A DNA stretch of 64,000 nt, taken from the IMG/VR virus record IMGVR_UViG_3300007754_000852; one strand, given 5' to 3'. The position numbers and the translations under genes were made by a program. The notes under the pieces were generated by a model. It was not told where the DNA came from. It searched no databases and worked only from the letters and a program-made list of their open reading frames with translations. The stretch is from a virus (lineage: Duplodnaviria > Caudoviricetes). This document shows positions 1 to 9,164 of this stretch, piece after piece (positions within the stretch are counted from its first letter, which is position 1; every line of letters begins with the position of its first letter).

Positions 1-2
1 AC

Positions 3-221
3 GGGTAGATATCGTGGGTCGATAGCATCCCATGTGTACCAGGTATTATCCCTCTTCCCGTCACACCACATCACATGGTATCTCATTCCTCCGTACTCAT
101 GATCATATCTCTCATCAACGATGATACCGTGCAGCCAGTTGAGCGGGTTACCGGCACTATCACCCATGCCAGGATCCCAGATCGCGCAGAGTGAACCGAT
201 CTTGTATAGATCATCATTCAT
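3..221 (-). CDS. Hypothetical SH3/KOW-like small protein, truncated at window edge
   Basis: Hand translation MNDDLYKIGSLCAIWD...GIIVDE...YHVMW runs off the edge; its ATG overlaps the TGA of the upstream gene. Confidence 0.65.
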   Translation of the reverse strand, partial: MNDDLYKIGSLCAIWDPGMGDSAGNPLNWLHGIIVDERYDHEYGGMRYHVMWCDGKRDNTWYTWDAIDPRYLP

Positions 222-448
222 GTTACCACCTGGAGCGCAGTTTCTGCAATGCGTTCCATTAACTTACCGTTTGCCCAGAGAACACTAATGTGACGACCAA
301 ACACCTTCTTTGCCCACGCTGAAGCGTAGATCTCTGAGCTATTTTCATTGTCACGATCTTGGATGTCGACAATTACGCCGAGCTGATCACTCACGCTCTT
401 TCCTCTGACCATCACTCCGCGCTGCTTGACAATGTCACCGATCTTCAT
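218..448 (-). CDS. MKxGDLV-family SH3/KOW-like small protein
   Basis: MKIGDIVKQ...GVIVDI...ISVLW; start moved to ATG 448, just downstream of the promoter at 467-495. Confidence 0.75.
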   Translation of the reverse strand: MKIGDIVKQRGVMVRGKSVSDQLGVIVDIQDRDNENSSEIYASAWAKKVFGRHISVLWANGKLMERIAETALQVVT

Positions 449-466
449 AGCATTATCTCTCTTTTT

Positions 467-495
467 ATTATATCCTGCGACTGGGTCGTTTACAC
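467..495 (-). promoter_or_regulatory. Class I phage promoter GTGTAAA-N16-TATAAT
   Basis: Minus strand GTGTAAA cgacccagtcgcagga TATAAT. Confidence 0.75.
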
Positions 496-693
496 GTGCT
501 GATCCATCACCTCCCACAAACCTTCGTGTGTGCGCATTTGATCATTGTACCTCTCCTCCTCTTCATTGTACACATGTGGGTAGAGTTCAAAGTACACTGT
601 GTCATCGAGTTTCTTCTTGACATCTGACCAATCGAGGCGCCGGATGACGAGAAGATGTTTGTCCTCTATGAAATCACCCGCCATGATCATCAC
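490..693 (-). CDS. Hypothetical protein
   Basis: 67-aa ORF tiling with neighbours (ATGA-type overlap). Confidence 0.55.
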   Translation of the reverse strand: MMIMAGDFIEDKHLLVIRRLDWSDVKKKLDDTVYFELYPHVYNEEEERYNDQMRTHEGLWEVMDQHV

Positions 694-1412
694 TCAACCT
701 TCTGAAGGAAATCAATATTATTCGCCGGGATGTTGAAGATCTCTCCGTTAGAGAACATAGAAACAGTGTGTGGCCAGAGATTCCCTTCAACTGTGACGAT
801 GTCAATGATCATCGCTGTGTTATTACCCCACTTGCACAGATCTCCAGTTCGGAACTCCTCACCATCACTTGTCATAACTGTTCTCTCATCTTTCATCACT
901 GGCATATCTAACTTTCCTATCGCGTGTTTCATCTCGAGGATCACGTCCTGCATGCGGATATCCACGTCAAACACAGCGTTGTCAATGAAGATCAGGTCAT
1001 GCTCCAGACCCCTCCCGACCCCCTTAACATCTGATGTGATGTAACACACATCATGGGTATCACTTGTCTCCGTGTCGCGCATCATGATTACACCGCGAGC
1101 GTACATGAACATCAGCGTGTCGCTTACCTGGTTCAGCCAATCTGTCATTTTGGTCGCAACGTCCTGGACGCTTCCACCGTTGTGACAGATGATGACGGGA
1201 ATCTTCTGGTCGACCTTGATCGCCTTCATCGCCTTGAGGATCATCAGCGTGGTTCGACCGGTCTGGCGTAGTCCAGCGCTGTCAAGAGAACCAGATCGCT
1301 GATTCAATCTGAGCATGTCGTTGAACCACTCACGAGGCGGGGATAGCGATGTGACCTGACCCCTGTTGTGCGTGTTGATCCTGTCCCAGCCGATTCCATC
1401 GATACACCTCAT
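690..1412 (-). CDS. Hypothetical protein with degenerate P-loop and C-terminal SH3/KOW-like domain
   Basis: GLRQTGRTT Walker-A-like motif, LIFIDN Walker-B-like strand, C-terminal FRTGDLC...MIIDI; start at ATG 1412 overlaps the upstream TGA. Confidence 0.6.
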   Translation of the reverse strand: MRCIDGIGWDRINTHNRGQVTSLSPPREWFNDMLRLNQRSGSLDSAGLRQTGRTTLMILKAMKAIKVDQKIPVIICHNGGSVQDVATKMTDWLNQVSDTLMFMYARGVIMMRDTETSDTHDVCYITSDVKGVGRGLEHDLIFIDNAVFDVDIRMQDVILEMKHAIGKLDMPVMKDERTVMTSDGEEFRTGDLCKWGNNTAMIIDIVTVEGNLWPHTVSMFSNGEIFNIPANNIDFLQKVE

Positions 1413-1744
1413 GATGCTCTCACCATTGTCTGTTGCTGACGATCTCTTTGCAGTATCTCTTTGAGAGTTTTCTCTCTCCACGCTGTTGTGCTCGGCGACT
1501 CCCAGTGACCCCAGGGGAAACCCAGGACATCCCAACCCTTGTTTGTCAGCGTTAGCTCCCAATTTGACGTTTGTTTCACCCACTTCCGTTTCATGATCAC
1601 CTCAAGGGTGTTTTTCTTTATCACCCGCTGCGGGTTCTCATGCCTGTGACACAACACGCGGTCAGATCCTGCGAACCAGAACCCACCTAGAGCTATTCGG
1701 GTCAACGCCTGACGCTGGACATCTGTCACCCTTCTCTCACTCAT
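1409..1744 (-). CDS. Hypothetical protein (possible winged-helix)
   Basis: TLEVIMKRKWV...LTLTNKGWDVL resembles a wHTH wing; start taken at second Met. Confidence 0.55.
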   Translation of the reverse strand: MSERRVTDVQRQALTRIALGGFWFAGSDRVLCHRHENPQRVIKKNTLEVIMKRKWVKQTSNWELTLTNKGWDVLGFPWGHWESPSTTAWREKTLKEILQRDRQQQTMVRAS

Positions 1745-1748
1745 GATC

Positions 1749-2966
1749 TCACCCCTTGACACAAACGACAGCGCGGAGTGTATGGAGGACCTCGACCAGA
1801 TCTGATTGTGCCTTCATAACATCCTCGATCGGCTTGTAGCTCATCGGTGTTTCATCGATCACATCCTCATCCTTCCTACACTCCAATCCTTCTGTTGCGC
1901 GAGCGTGATCCTCAACAGAGAACAGCGCCTTCGCCCTGGTCCGTGACATCGCCCTGCCTGCGCCGTGCGAACAGGAGTTGAACGATTCCTTATCTCCCTT
2001 TCCTCTCACAATGAATGAGCTACGTCCCATCGCGCCAGGAATGATTCCCAGGTCACCTCGCTGCGCTCTGACCGCGCCCTTTCTTGTCACCCACACGCTC
2101 CTTCCGAAGTGTTGTTCCTTCGCGATGTAGTTGTGGTGACAGTTAACGACGAAATCACCGTGGGAGAACTCTCGTCGAAGCGCCCATGAGATCGAGTCAA
2201 GAGCACGATCCATCATCAGCTCACGGTTCACCTTCGCGAATCGCTGGGCCCAGTTGACCGCCTGAACATAATCCTTGAAGTGCGGTGACCCCTGTGGGAT
2301 GTACGCGAGATCCTTGTCAGGCAGGTTGATGAACCAGCGCTCCATATCCTTCTTTGCCAGTGAGATGAAGTGGGTTCCGATACGGTTCCCAACACCTCGT
2401 GAACCTGAGTGGAGCATGACCCAAACAGAATCGCCCTCATCGACACACACCTCTATGAAGTGGTTACCTGAACCCAGGCTAGACAGGTGTCGCACGTTAT
2501 TCGACTTCGCGAGGCGCGGGTGTTTATCGCAGATCACATCGAAATCATCCTTGAGGGTGTTCCACTTACGTGCGACGTCGTCAGGGATATCTCTCCACGC
2601 ACCCTCGTCACGTGAACCTCCGTGGTGGGTCCTGCCATGCGGGATCATCCGTTCAATCCGAGAGCGCACCTTCTGCATGTTGTCAGGCAAGTCGCTCGCT
2701 GTCAGAGATGTGCGAACTGCCATCATCCCACATCCCAAGTCGACGCCGACAGCGGCGGGAACGATCGCGTTAAGTGTGGGAATGACACTCCCGACGCAGG
2801 CGCCTTTCCCCATGTGCGCGTCGGGCATCACCGCGATGTGACGATGGATGAACGGCAGGGATGACAACCTTCTCAGCTGATCCCTGGCCTGATCCTCAAC
2901 GTGAACTCCCCTGGTCCACATCTTAACCAGACCAGGGGAGTTATCTAGCACATCGTAGCTTGACAT
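1749..2966 (-). CDS. rtcB: RtcB RNA 3'-phosphate/5'-OH ligase
   Basis: MPDAHxG, GVDLGCG, LGSGNHF, HSGSRG, CHHNY, RKGA, SHGAGR motifs; 405 aa. Confidence 0.97.
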   Translation of the reverse strand: MSSYDVLDNSPGLVKMWTRGVHVEDQARDQLRRLSSLPFIHRHIAVMPDAHMGKGACVGSVIPTLNAIVPAAVGVDLGCGMMAVRTSLTASDLPDNMQKVRSRIERMIPHGRTHHGGSRDEGAWRDIPDDVARKWNTLKDDFDVICDKHPRLAKSNNVRHLSSLGSGNHFIEVCVDEGDSVWVMLHSGSRGVGNRIGTHFISLAKKDMERWFINLPDKDLAYIPQGSPHFKDYVQAVNWAQRFAKVNRELMMDRALDSISWALRREFSHGDFVVNCHHNYIAKEQHFGRSVWVTRKGAVRAQRGDLGIIPGAMGRSSFIVRGKGDKESFNSCSHGAGRAMSRTRAKALFSVEDHARATEGLECRKDEDVIDETPMSYKPIEDVMKAQSDLVEVLHTLRAVVCVKG

Positions 2967-2986
2967 GACGCGTTTCCTTTTTATCT

Positions 2987-3015
2987 ATTATACCCTGCCC
3001 GTGATCCATTTACAC
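2987..3015 (-). promoter_or_regulatory. Class I promoter upstream of rtcB
   Basis: GTGTAAA tggatcacgggcaggg TATAAT, then AAGGA SD and ATG. Confidence 0.8.
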
Positions 3016-3052
3016 GCGACATTATGACAATTGAGGAAAACGCGTGATCACG

Positions 3053-3559
3053 CTACCAGCGATACATGAGCGCCGTGTTCGGCAAGGGCATGATGCCGAA
3101 CCCGTCAGAACCGTATCTGAATCCGAGGGGTAGCTCGAACCTGAATAGCATGTTGTCCCAGAACGTGACTTGCATCCCGACACCTGGACCTGTCACCGCG
3201 CCCCAACCCTCATCGGTCGTTTCCTCGCAGTCGTCAGATTTCGTGTCCTCGTTCCACACGCACTCCTCATACGTGTCACGCCAGAACCCACCGGCGAGGC
3301 CAAGCGAGCCGTATAGCCCGACCTTTCCGTTCTCGTGGAAGTTTCTCTTTAGGTTCACCCCACCAAAAACTCGACCGCCATCGCTCTCGTCCCATACCGG
3401 TAATCCGGTTATCTGGTAACCCCACACGTCATTGTCATGTGAATATGATAGGCCGATACCATAGGTCCCACCCGCTGCAAATCCTAAGCTATTTGTCGTT
3501 TCCGCGTTAGCGGGTGTCACTAGAAGTAATCCAGCGAGAATTGTTATCATCTTAATCAT
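3053..3559 (-). CDS. Secreted outer-membrane beta-barrel-like protein
   Basis: Signal peptide ending ANA, Gly/aromatic-rich alternating strands, terminal YRW aromatic signature. Confidence 0.6.
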   Translation of the reverse strand: MIKMITILAGLLLVTPANAETTNSLGFAAGGTYGIGLSYSHDNDVWGYQITGLPVWDESDGGRVFGGVNLKRNFHENGKVGLYGSLGLAGGFWRDTYEECVWNEDTKSDDCEETTDEGWGAVTGPGVGMQVTFWDNMLFRFELPLGFRYGSDGFGIMPLPNTALMYRW

Positions 3560-3592
3560 TCGTGTTCTCCTTATGAACGATCCTCACATTAT

Positions 3593-3850
3593 CTACAGCG
3601 CGGGTATCAGCGTAAAACAATCTGTGTGTAACCACTTCAGCTCGCCCTCGAATAGCACCTCGTGGTGCCAGTGGGTGATCGCGTTACCTTTCATGTCGAA
3701 CATCCTGGAGTGAAGAACGTATCGTGAGTTTATCTCGATCAGATTGACACCTCGGTCGACAGGCTTAAACGTGTCGATGAACATCGCGACGCCTATGTCG
3801 TCACCATCCTGATCAATGATGCGAACCAGGTCACCCTCCTCTCTCATCAT
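3593..3850 (-). CDS. MKxGDLV-family small protein
   Basis: MMREEGDLVRI...VLFEGELKWLH. Confidence 0.7.
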   Translation of the reverse strand: MMREEGDLVRIIDQDGDDIGVAMFIDTFKPVDRGVNLIEINSRYVLHSRMFDMKGNAITHWHHEVLFEGELKWLHTDCFTLIPAL

Positions 3851-4080
3851 ATCACCTCAAGAAAGCGCTCATTGTAGTTATACATCTCTCCGTTGTCAGC
3901 GAGGACAAGCCAGGTGTCGACGTAGATGATCTCACGCAACGCAATATTCTCTCTTATCTCTGATATGTTCTTGTACTCTGGGATCACATCTCCCGGGCGG
4001 AACTCTATGATCATGCAGATGCGACCGCTGTTATTATCGTTGGGTAGCCCGCTCACCCTGACTAGATCACCGGGTTTCAT
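3847..4080 (-). CDS. MKxGDLV-family small protein
   Basis: MKPGDLVRVS...ERFLEVI. Confidence 0.75.
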   Translation of the reverse strand: MKPGDLVRVSGLPNDNNSGRICMIIEFRPGDVIPEYKNISEIRENIALREIIYVDTWLVLADNGEMYNYNERFLEVI

Positions 4081-4345
4081 CGCTCTCGCTCAATATCTCG
4101 ACGTGATACACATAATTTCTCTTTATATCTCCCACCGAGGAGTAGCTGAACACCTGTGACGACTGTGACAGGTCGATCCTTCTTATGTGACCTGTGTCAT
4201 CCAGGATGTTGACAACACCGGGGTCCTCGTCGTCGTCAGTGACCAGGTCAACCACCAGACCCTTGCTCACCTCGGTTCCGCCGCCAGTTCTGTAATCTGT
4301 GATCTGTATCACCCTTATCAGGTCACCGATGTTTATTCTTTCCAC
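4067..4345 (-). CDS. MKxGDLV-family small protein
   Basis: INIGDLIRV...KGLVVDL. Confidence 0.7.
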   Translation of the reverse strand: MERINIGDLIRVIQITDYRTGGGTEVSKGLVVDLVTDDDEDPGVVNILDDTGHIRRIDLSQSSQVFSYSSVGDIKRNYVYHVEILSESDETR

Positions 4346-4557
4346 TCTTCGTCCGCGTGTGAGATGACCGTGATGTGTGACCTGTGGAACCTAAGCGTTG
4401 CGCCTGTCCCAGGGAACATGATTCTAAAGATGTCATCATATCTCTCAGGCGAGATAGATTCGATGATACCCATCCTGTTGCTGGGTATATCATCCTGATG
4501 AACGACAATGTCGTTCAGAACGACATCTGACACCCTGACTAGATCACCTGGTTTCAC
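4333..4557 (-). CDS. MKxGDLV-family small protein
   Basis: MKPGDLVRVS...MGIIESI. Confidence 0.75.
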   Translation of the reverse strand: MKPGDLVRVSDVVLNDIVVHQDDIPSNRMGIIESISPERYDDIFRIMFPGTGATLRFHRSHITVISHADEEWKE

Positions 4558-4883
4558 TCACAGTTCCTCCTTGTTCTTCTCACCAACATCGCACAATCAA
4601 CTGCAGATTGATACAGTTCCTGTTTCATCCTGACGACGTCAACCTCGAGGTTGAGGTTTCTCTCAAGTAGCTCGGCGCACTCCTCGTCGACGTCCGGCAG
4701 GTTATCAATGATCTGACGATGTTCCTCTGACGCCTTCTCCAATCTTGCCCTATAGTCCTGATGTAGCTCGGCGATCGTGTCATCCTTCGCCTGTGACACG
4801 AGGAAACCCCAGAGGATCGCACCTAGCAACATTCCTGAGAGGTAATCGCTCCACTCGCTGAGGATCTTGAATAGCCTTCTCAT
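4554..4883 (-). CDS. Membrane-anchored coiled-coil protein
   Basis: One N-terminal hydrophobic helix followed by heptad-rich region. Confidence 0.6.
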   Translation of the reverse strand: MRRLFKILSEWSDYLSGMLLGAILWGFLVSQAKDDTIAELHQDYRARLEKASEEHRQIIDNLPDVDEECAELLERNLNLEVDVVRMKQELYQSAVDCAMLVRRTRRNCE

Positions 4884-4887
4884 GTTC

Positions 4888-5079
4888 TTATCGTACCTCT
4901 AGCGATGACAATGTATCTCTTAGGATCCGCATCATTCCGTGTGACATGACGTACTCTGCGTTTCTTATTTTTACCCGAACTCCGAGCGCGCTCTCGTCGA
5001 TGATGACAACTGTTTCAGATCCTGTCAATCCCATCTCTAGCAGGCGCTTACGTGCGGATCTGTTGACGCCACTGCGCAT
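4888..5079 (-). CDS. FeoA-like SH3 domain protein
   Basis: RKRLLEMGL...VVIIDESALGVRVKIRNAEY matches the FeoA pattern. Confidence 0.55.
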   Translation of the reverse strand: MRSGVNRSARKRLLEMGLTGSETVVIIDESALGVRVKIRNAEYVMSHGMMRILRDTLSSLEVR

Positions 5080-5257
5080 CGTTGATCCTCCTTACATCCC
5101 ACCAGATCCTAGCATATGTCAGAACAGATCCGTCGATTAGCACCTCAGGTCCATCGTCAATCTCATCATAACCCATGTACATCCCGACATACATCGGAAC
5201 CAATTCTGACCGCTCCATATCCCTTGGGTACACACCAACCAGGTCACCCGCCTTCAT
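5048..5257 (-). CDS. MKxGDLV-family small protein
   Basis: MKAGDLVGV. Confidence 0.7.
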   Translation of the reverse strand: MKAGDLVGVYPRDMERSELVPMYVGMYMGYDEIDDGPEVLIDGSVLTYARIWWDVRRINDAQWRQQIRT

Positions 5258-5523
5258 GAGATCACCTCGCTTGTTTCTCTCACGTAATCCTCATATGCCA
5301 GGCCTGACGACCTGTAATCGCTGTAGAACTCATTTCTCGTGCAGAAGGGAACATCATCATCCTCATCCCAGTACTCGTCATTGAACTCTCCGTATGAGAG
5401 AACGTGCTTGTCTGAGTTACCGTGACAGTGATCACACATGTTCCACGAGTGGCTGATTCTGAACTCCACGTTTCTCTCTGTTCCACAGATCCTGCAATAC
5501 ATGATACCTCCTATGTGTTTCAT
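5254..5523 (-). CDS. Small zinc-finger protein
   Basis: CRIC...CDHC. Confidence 0.65.
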   Translation of the reverse strand: MKHIGGIMYCRICGTERNVEFRISHSWNMCDHCHGNSDKHVLSYGEFNDEYWDEDDDVPFCTRNEFYSDYRSSGLAYEDYVRETSEVIS

Positions 5524-5729
5524 TATACCTTATCCCCAGCAGGGTTACACGAAATAATCCTGTCAGGAACACGGACGATCTCTGTCCTCTCAACCTCGTG
5601 GACACCCTCATCACCGAACGACACGACATACGACGTGACATCATGCCTGACGATCACCTCAACGATGATGCCGAACGGCGGCGGGCGGTCAACCAATCCG
5701 ATGTACTGAACCAGGTCACCCTTCGTCAT
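5523..5729 (-). CDS. MKxGDLV-family small protein
   Basis: MTKGDLVQY...GIIVEV. Confidence 0.75.
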   Translation of the reverse strand: MTKGDLVQYIGLVDRPPPFGIIVEVIVRHDVTSYVVSFGDEGVHEVERTEIVRVPDRIISCNPAGDKV

Positions 5730-6013
5730 GTTAACAACTCCAATTCATCCTCAAATAATGTGAACAAACCGTTTCTATACGAGACCTCCCAGTAATCACC
5801 GTGCCTAACGATGTTACTTTCGATTATCTCAATCTCCTTCTCGATGTCAGCGCAAACGATGTTTCCCTCAAAGTTTGACATGGTCATCAGCGTTCTCCTG
5901 AAATCCTCGAGGGTGTATCTATACACGAGGATACCGATGTCATCTCTATTGACACCAGTGGGAGGATGATGAGGGTTGTTACCAACCCACCTGACGGGAT
6001 CACCCACCTTCAC
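5726..6013 (-). CDS. MKxGDLV-family small protein
   Basis: MKVGDPVRW...LFEDELELL. Confidence 0.75.
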   Translation of the reverse strand: MKVGDPVRWVGNNPHHPPTGVNRDDIGILVYRYTLEDFRRTLMTMSNFEGNIVCADIEKEIEIIESNIVRHGDYWEVSYRNGLFTLFEDELELLT

Positions 6014-6221
6014 TGATCACCTCAAGATGTTTTATTCCTAAGGTCCAGCACTCAGCACTGTACTCGTCTGAGTATGTCATGATAGTTACCACGGAATTTT
6101 CGCCCTTCTCGCTCACAAAGATCGAATTGTCACTGTCGATGACAACACCCACCTTGCCCTCGAGGTAGTTAGGAAGGTACATCTCATCGAGAGAGATCAT
6201 GACAAGATCACCTGATTTCAC
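6000..6221 (-). CDS. MKxGDLV-family small protein
   Basis: MKSGDLVMI...HLEVISE. Confidence 0.75.
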   Translation of the reverse strand: MKSGDLVMISLDEMYLPNYLEGKVGVVIDSDNSIFVSEKGENSVVTIMTYSDEYSAECWTLGIKHLEVISEGG

Positions 6222-6946
6222 GATAGATCAACGTCTAGATGTGTGTTAAACATCTGGGCACTTGGCTCATTAGGGTATCCTCTCGGATTACAGATCAGCC
6301 TTGTCACTCCGAGAACGTCATCGAATCCCGTGTGAGTGTGACCGAAGAACCAGAACGCTGGCTTGCGATCAAGGATGAGATCAGTGTGGTCACAGACAAA
6401 GAATCTGTTCAGCATGGAGTTCTTCCACTCCCTAGCCACACAGAACTCACTGGGAAGGTGATGCGTGATGACGATGTCACCCTCATCCAGGTTCTCCTCA
6501 AGGTGTCGCTGGAACGCCTCCTGCTGATCATACACCCAGGGCTTGAATCCGGAGATGTGATTGAAATCACCCAAGTTCCGCTCGTAGTGAATATTTAGCG
6601 GGTCATCTCGGAACCAGCCTGTTGACCCATGGAATGTTCTCCCGTCGATCTCAACTGTGGGATTCTCTGGGTGGAGGTAGTGAAGATTGTTATTCTTGTC
6701 ACTGGCCGCGGACAGGATGTCGTGTACCTTATCCGGTGACGACATGTAATACACGTGATTCCCTGGCACATAGATGACCTCGCTGAACCTCTCACAGAAT
6801 ATGTCGAGGGTTCTGTCAATGTCCAGACACGAGTCGATGTCACCCGCTAGAATGAGAAGATCACAACCGCTGTCAAGCCCGTCAACGAACTCACGTCGAT
6901 AACCGGTGTGCTCAAGGTGTAGATCTGATAGGATCCTGACTTTCAC
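6218..6946 (-). CDS. Calcineurin-like metallophosphoesterase
   Basis: SDLHLE, AGDI, PGNH, THH, GHTH motifs. Confidence 0.93.
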   Translation of the reverse strand: MKVRILSDLHLEHTGYRREFVDGLDSGCDLLILAGDIDSCLDIDRTLDIFCERFSEVIYVPGNHVYYMSSPDKVHDILSAASDKNNNLHYLHPENPTVEIDGRTFHGSTGWFRDDPLNIHYERNLGDFNHISGFKPWVYDQQEAFQRHLEENLDEGDIVITHHLPSEFCVAREWKNSMLNRFFVCDHTDLILDRKPAFWFFGHTHTGFDDVLGVTRLICNPRGYPNEPSAQMFNTHLDVDLS

Positions 6947-7070
6947 TTTTTATCTCTCCAAAGATAGGTGATTCCATACACTGCTTGACAGGTTTGCAAT
7001 ACATCATGACCAGAACAACGCTGACGATGATCAGAACGACAAAACCATCCTCGAGGCGCCTTCTCATCAC

Positions 7071-7394
7071 TCACTCCTCATCTTCTGCTTCATTGCAAGG
7101 ATCACAAATGCCGCAACATGCACAACAGGGTGCGCCGCATCGCTCACACTCACCAGGATCAGAGGTACCATCGCTAAGCTCAAGAATGATGTCACACGGC
7201 TCGTTATCATTTAGCCCGTAGAAGAAACACCCAACGATGTAAGTTGGGCGGCCAACATGGTAGATCACGTGATTCCACCATCGCCAGTCGCCGACTGGCT
7301 TATCGAATAGATCCCACCACCTGAATGAGAACTCACACAGGACGTAGCCGATCAACTCACAGATCTCGTATCTAGCCTTTGATAACAGTGACAT
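7071..7394 (-). CDS. Hypothetical protein, Cys-rich C-terminus
   Basis: CERCGAPCCACCGICDPC. Confidence 0.55.
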   Translation of the reverse strand: MSLLSKARYEICELIGYVLCEFSFRWWDLFDKPVGDWRWWNHVIYHVGRPTYIVGCFFYGLNDNEPCDIILELSDGTSDPGECERCGAPCCACCGICDPCNEAEDEE

Positions 7395-7405
7395 CTGTCA
7401 CCTCC

Positions 7406-7786
7406 CTATTTTTCTATCTTACCACGCCCTGTGTCATAGTACACGTCGCACATCATCTCTAGCTCCGCACCGATGAGAGCGATCGCCTCTCTCGTCGCGC
7501 CTGTCACACCTGAGGCGTCGAACTCATCCTGCAACATTATCACCTCATCTGTCAGCCACGAAGTTAGCTCATCATCTGTTAGCCGATCTGTCATCTCATG
7601 AACGACGCTTGCATATCTGTCGTGGACCTCAGAAAATGTAACACGAAACTGATCATCAGAGTCCGCGCAGGCGTTGACAACGTGCGATAGTCGACGTTCC
7701 CTGTACTCTGTCAGAGCCACGCGGATGTTATCGGCATTTCTCACCTGACGCGGTAGGGATGCCTTTCCTCGGTAGAACTCATTCAC
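7406..7786 (-). CDS. Hypothetical protein
   Basis: 126-aa helical ORF with GAGGTG SD. Confidence 0.6.
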   Translation of the reverse strand: MNEFYRGKASLPRQVRNADNIRVALTEYRERRLSHVVNACADSDDQFRVTFSEVHDRYASVVHEMTDRLTDDELTSWLTDEVIMLQDEFDASGVTGATREAIALIGAELEMMCDVYYDTGRGKIEK

Positions 7787-7970
7787 TGATCACCTCGCAT
7801 TGTGTTAAAGAATATGGCTCAATAGGGTTTCCATCCACCAGACATGCTACCCAATCTAAACCTGGGTTAGCATCATCAATATCATCAAATGACGTAAAGA
7901 AAACTAATCCAATCTTATGTCCACAAGGATCAGCAGGGTAGTCAATCTTTACGAGATCACCCTCTTTCAT
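7779..7970 (-). CDS. MKxGDLV-family small protein
   Basis: MKEGDLVKI...CEVISE; start at internal Met with GGAGG SD. Confidence 0.75.
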   Translation of the reverse strand: MKEGDLVKIDYPADPCGHKIGLVFFTSFDDIDDANPGLDWVACLVDGNPIEPYSLTQCEVISE

Positions 7971-8191
7971 TCTTCCTCCACGATCTTCACCCAGCAATCC
8001 TTCACCCACGTCAACATCTTTCCATCGACATCATGATCAGAGCAGAGAACATTAAGATTTCTCGTGCCATGAATGCCAACCCATCTCTCCTCTACAACAA
8101 CGCCGAAGATGCCGGTGGAATGCTGGACAGGTGACAGGATCTCAACAAGATCTCCGATCTTGGCCCATGATCCGTGATTGTTCCTGTACAT
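7967..8191 (-). CDS. MKxGDLV-family small protein (possibly leaderless)
   Basis: AKIGDLVEI...GVVVEE; ATG 8191 lies 6 nt after the TATAAT. Confidence 0.7.
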   Translation of the reverse strand: MYRNNHGSWAKIGDLVEILSPVQHSTGIFGVVVEERWVGIHGTRNLNVLCSDHDVDGKMLTWVKDCWVKIVEEE

Positions 8192-8197
8192 GTTATT

Positions 8198-8226
8198 ATT
8201 ATATCCTGCCATCGGTCGGATTACAT
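8198..8226 (-). promoter_or_regulatory. Class I promoter
   Basis: ATGTAAT ccgaccgatggcagga TATAAT. Confidence 0.7.
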
Positions 8227-8243
8227 GAAAAGCCAGATTGAGC

Positions 8244-8459
8244 TTATTTTACCTTACTTACTGTCCAATATGTGGCATCAACATCCATGACCTTTCCGCC
8301 ATGCAGGACCTTACAAGATGTGATGTGCCCACCGTGAGGAAACACGTAAGAATCTCTCGGCTCCTCAACGAGAATTGCAGTATATTCATCGTAACCGCTA
8401 CCAGTGTCAGGCTCAGTTAATCTTACGAGATCACCCTCTTTCAGGTCATCGTTACACAT
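8244..8459 (-). CDS. MKxGDLV-family small protein
   Basis: LKEGDLVRL. Confidence 0.7.
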   Translation of the reverse strand: MCNDDLKEGDLVRLTEPDTGSGYDEYTAILVEEPRDSYVFPHGGHITSCKVLHGGKVMDVDATYWTVSKVK

Positions 8460-9164
8460 CTATTCACTTTTAGTTTCGAATCCACTCACATTCTTTACAT
8501 GCTGACGATCTCTCTCTAGCTCATCAGCTCGCTCTTTCTTTTGCTCGTCAGTGAGATAATCAGATTTCTCTAGATCCTTTCTTCGCATATCGTAATATTT
8601 ATCAAGCTCTATCTCTGTCTCGAATAGCAGTTCATAGAAGTTAGATGAATTGACAATTGCTGACTCATACTGCGGCCAGAGCCTAACGGCGTCTCGATAT
8701 GTCCAGCGGTAGTGCTGAGCGTCGCGGAACCTGCATGCTTCCCTGAACTCATCAATGTCTGGTGTCTTGACCGGATAACTTTCTTGATCCTCGTATAGCT
8801 TGATCATGTACTTCGCGGGATATTCACATGAGTCAGGTGTCACAGTTCCTTGCTTCCAAGCAAAGTACCTCCTATTCTGCTCAATAATGTGAGAAATCTC
8901 CTTTACATACCTCTCCTGAACCTGTTCCTCAGATGCAAAGTGACAGTAAACTCGGACACCTCCGAACTTTTCTTTGGTCTGAGACACATGTATTGTGTTT
9001 GACCTACATAGGTCGACTCTACATCCGTGGGTTCCCCCGACAAGAGCATAGCCGATCCAATTTGCAATCGTGCTGATATCCCACCAGTAGTTCTCATGTT
9101 CTGATAGAAGATCATCACTCCAGTCACCATAGAAGACCTGCGGAACTTTATATTTTTTACTCAT
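8460..9164 (-). CDS. Phage hypothetical protein with QxKEKFGxxRxY motif
   Basis: QTKEKFGGVRVY, a motif I recognise from uncharacterised phage proteins. Confidence 0.7.
   Translation of the reverse strand: MSKKYKVPQVFYGDWSDDLLSEHENYWWDISTIANWIGYALVGGTHGCRVDLCRSNTIHVSQTKEKFGGVRVYCHFASEEQVQERYVKEISHIIEQNRRYFAWKQGTVTPDSCEYPAKYMIKLYEDQESYPVKTPDIDEFREACRFRDAQHYRWTYRDAVRLWPQYESAIVNSSNFYELLFETEIELDKYYDMRRKDLEKSDYLTDEQKKERADELERDRQHVKNVSGFETKSE

Noticed and set aside
1413-1583. N-terminal 57-aa extension of the 690..1583 ORF
   Set aside because: It overlaps another plausible gene; the ATG at 1412 fits the ATGA coupling pattern.
4051-8443. DNA-level recombination repeats at array gene starts (caccctgactagatcacc at about 4053 and 4531; ttacgagatcaccctctttca at about 7948 and 8422)
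   Set aside because: Only pairwise identity was seen; other members vary at synonymous sites, so paralogy explains it without an integron-like att site.
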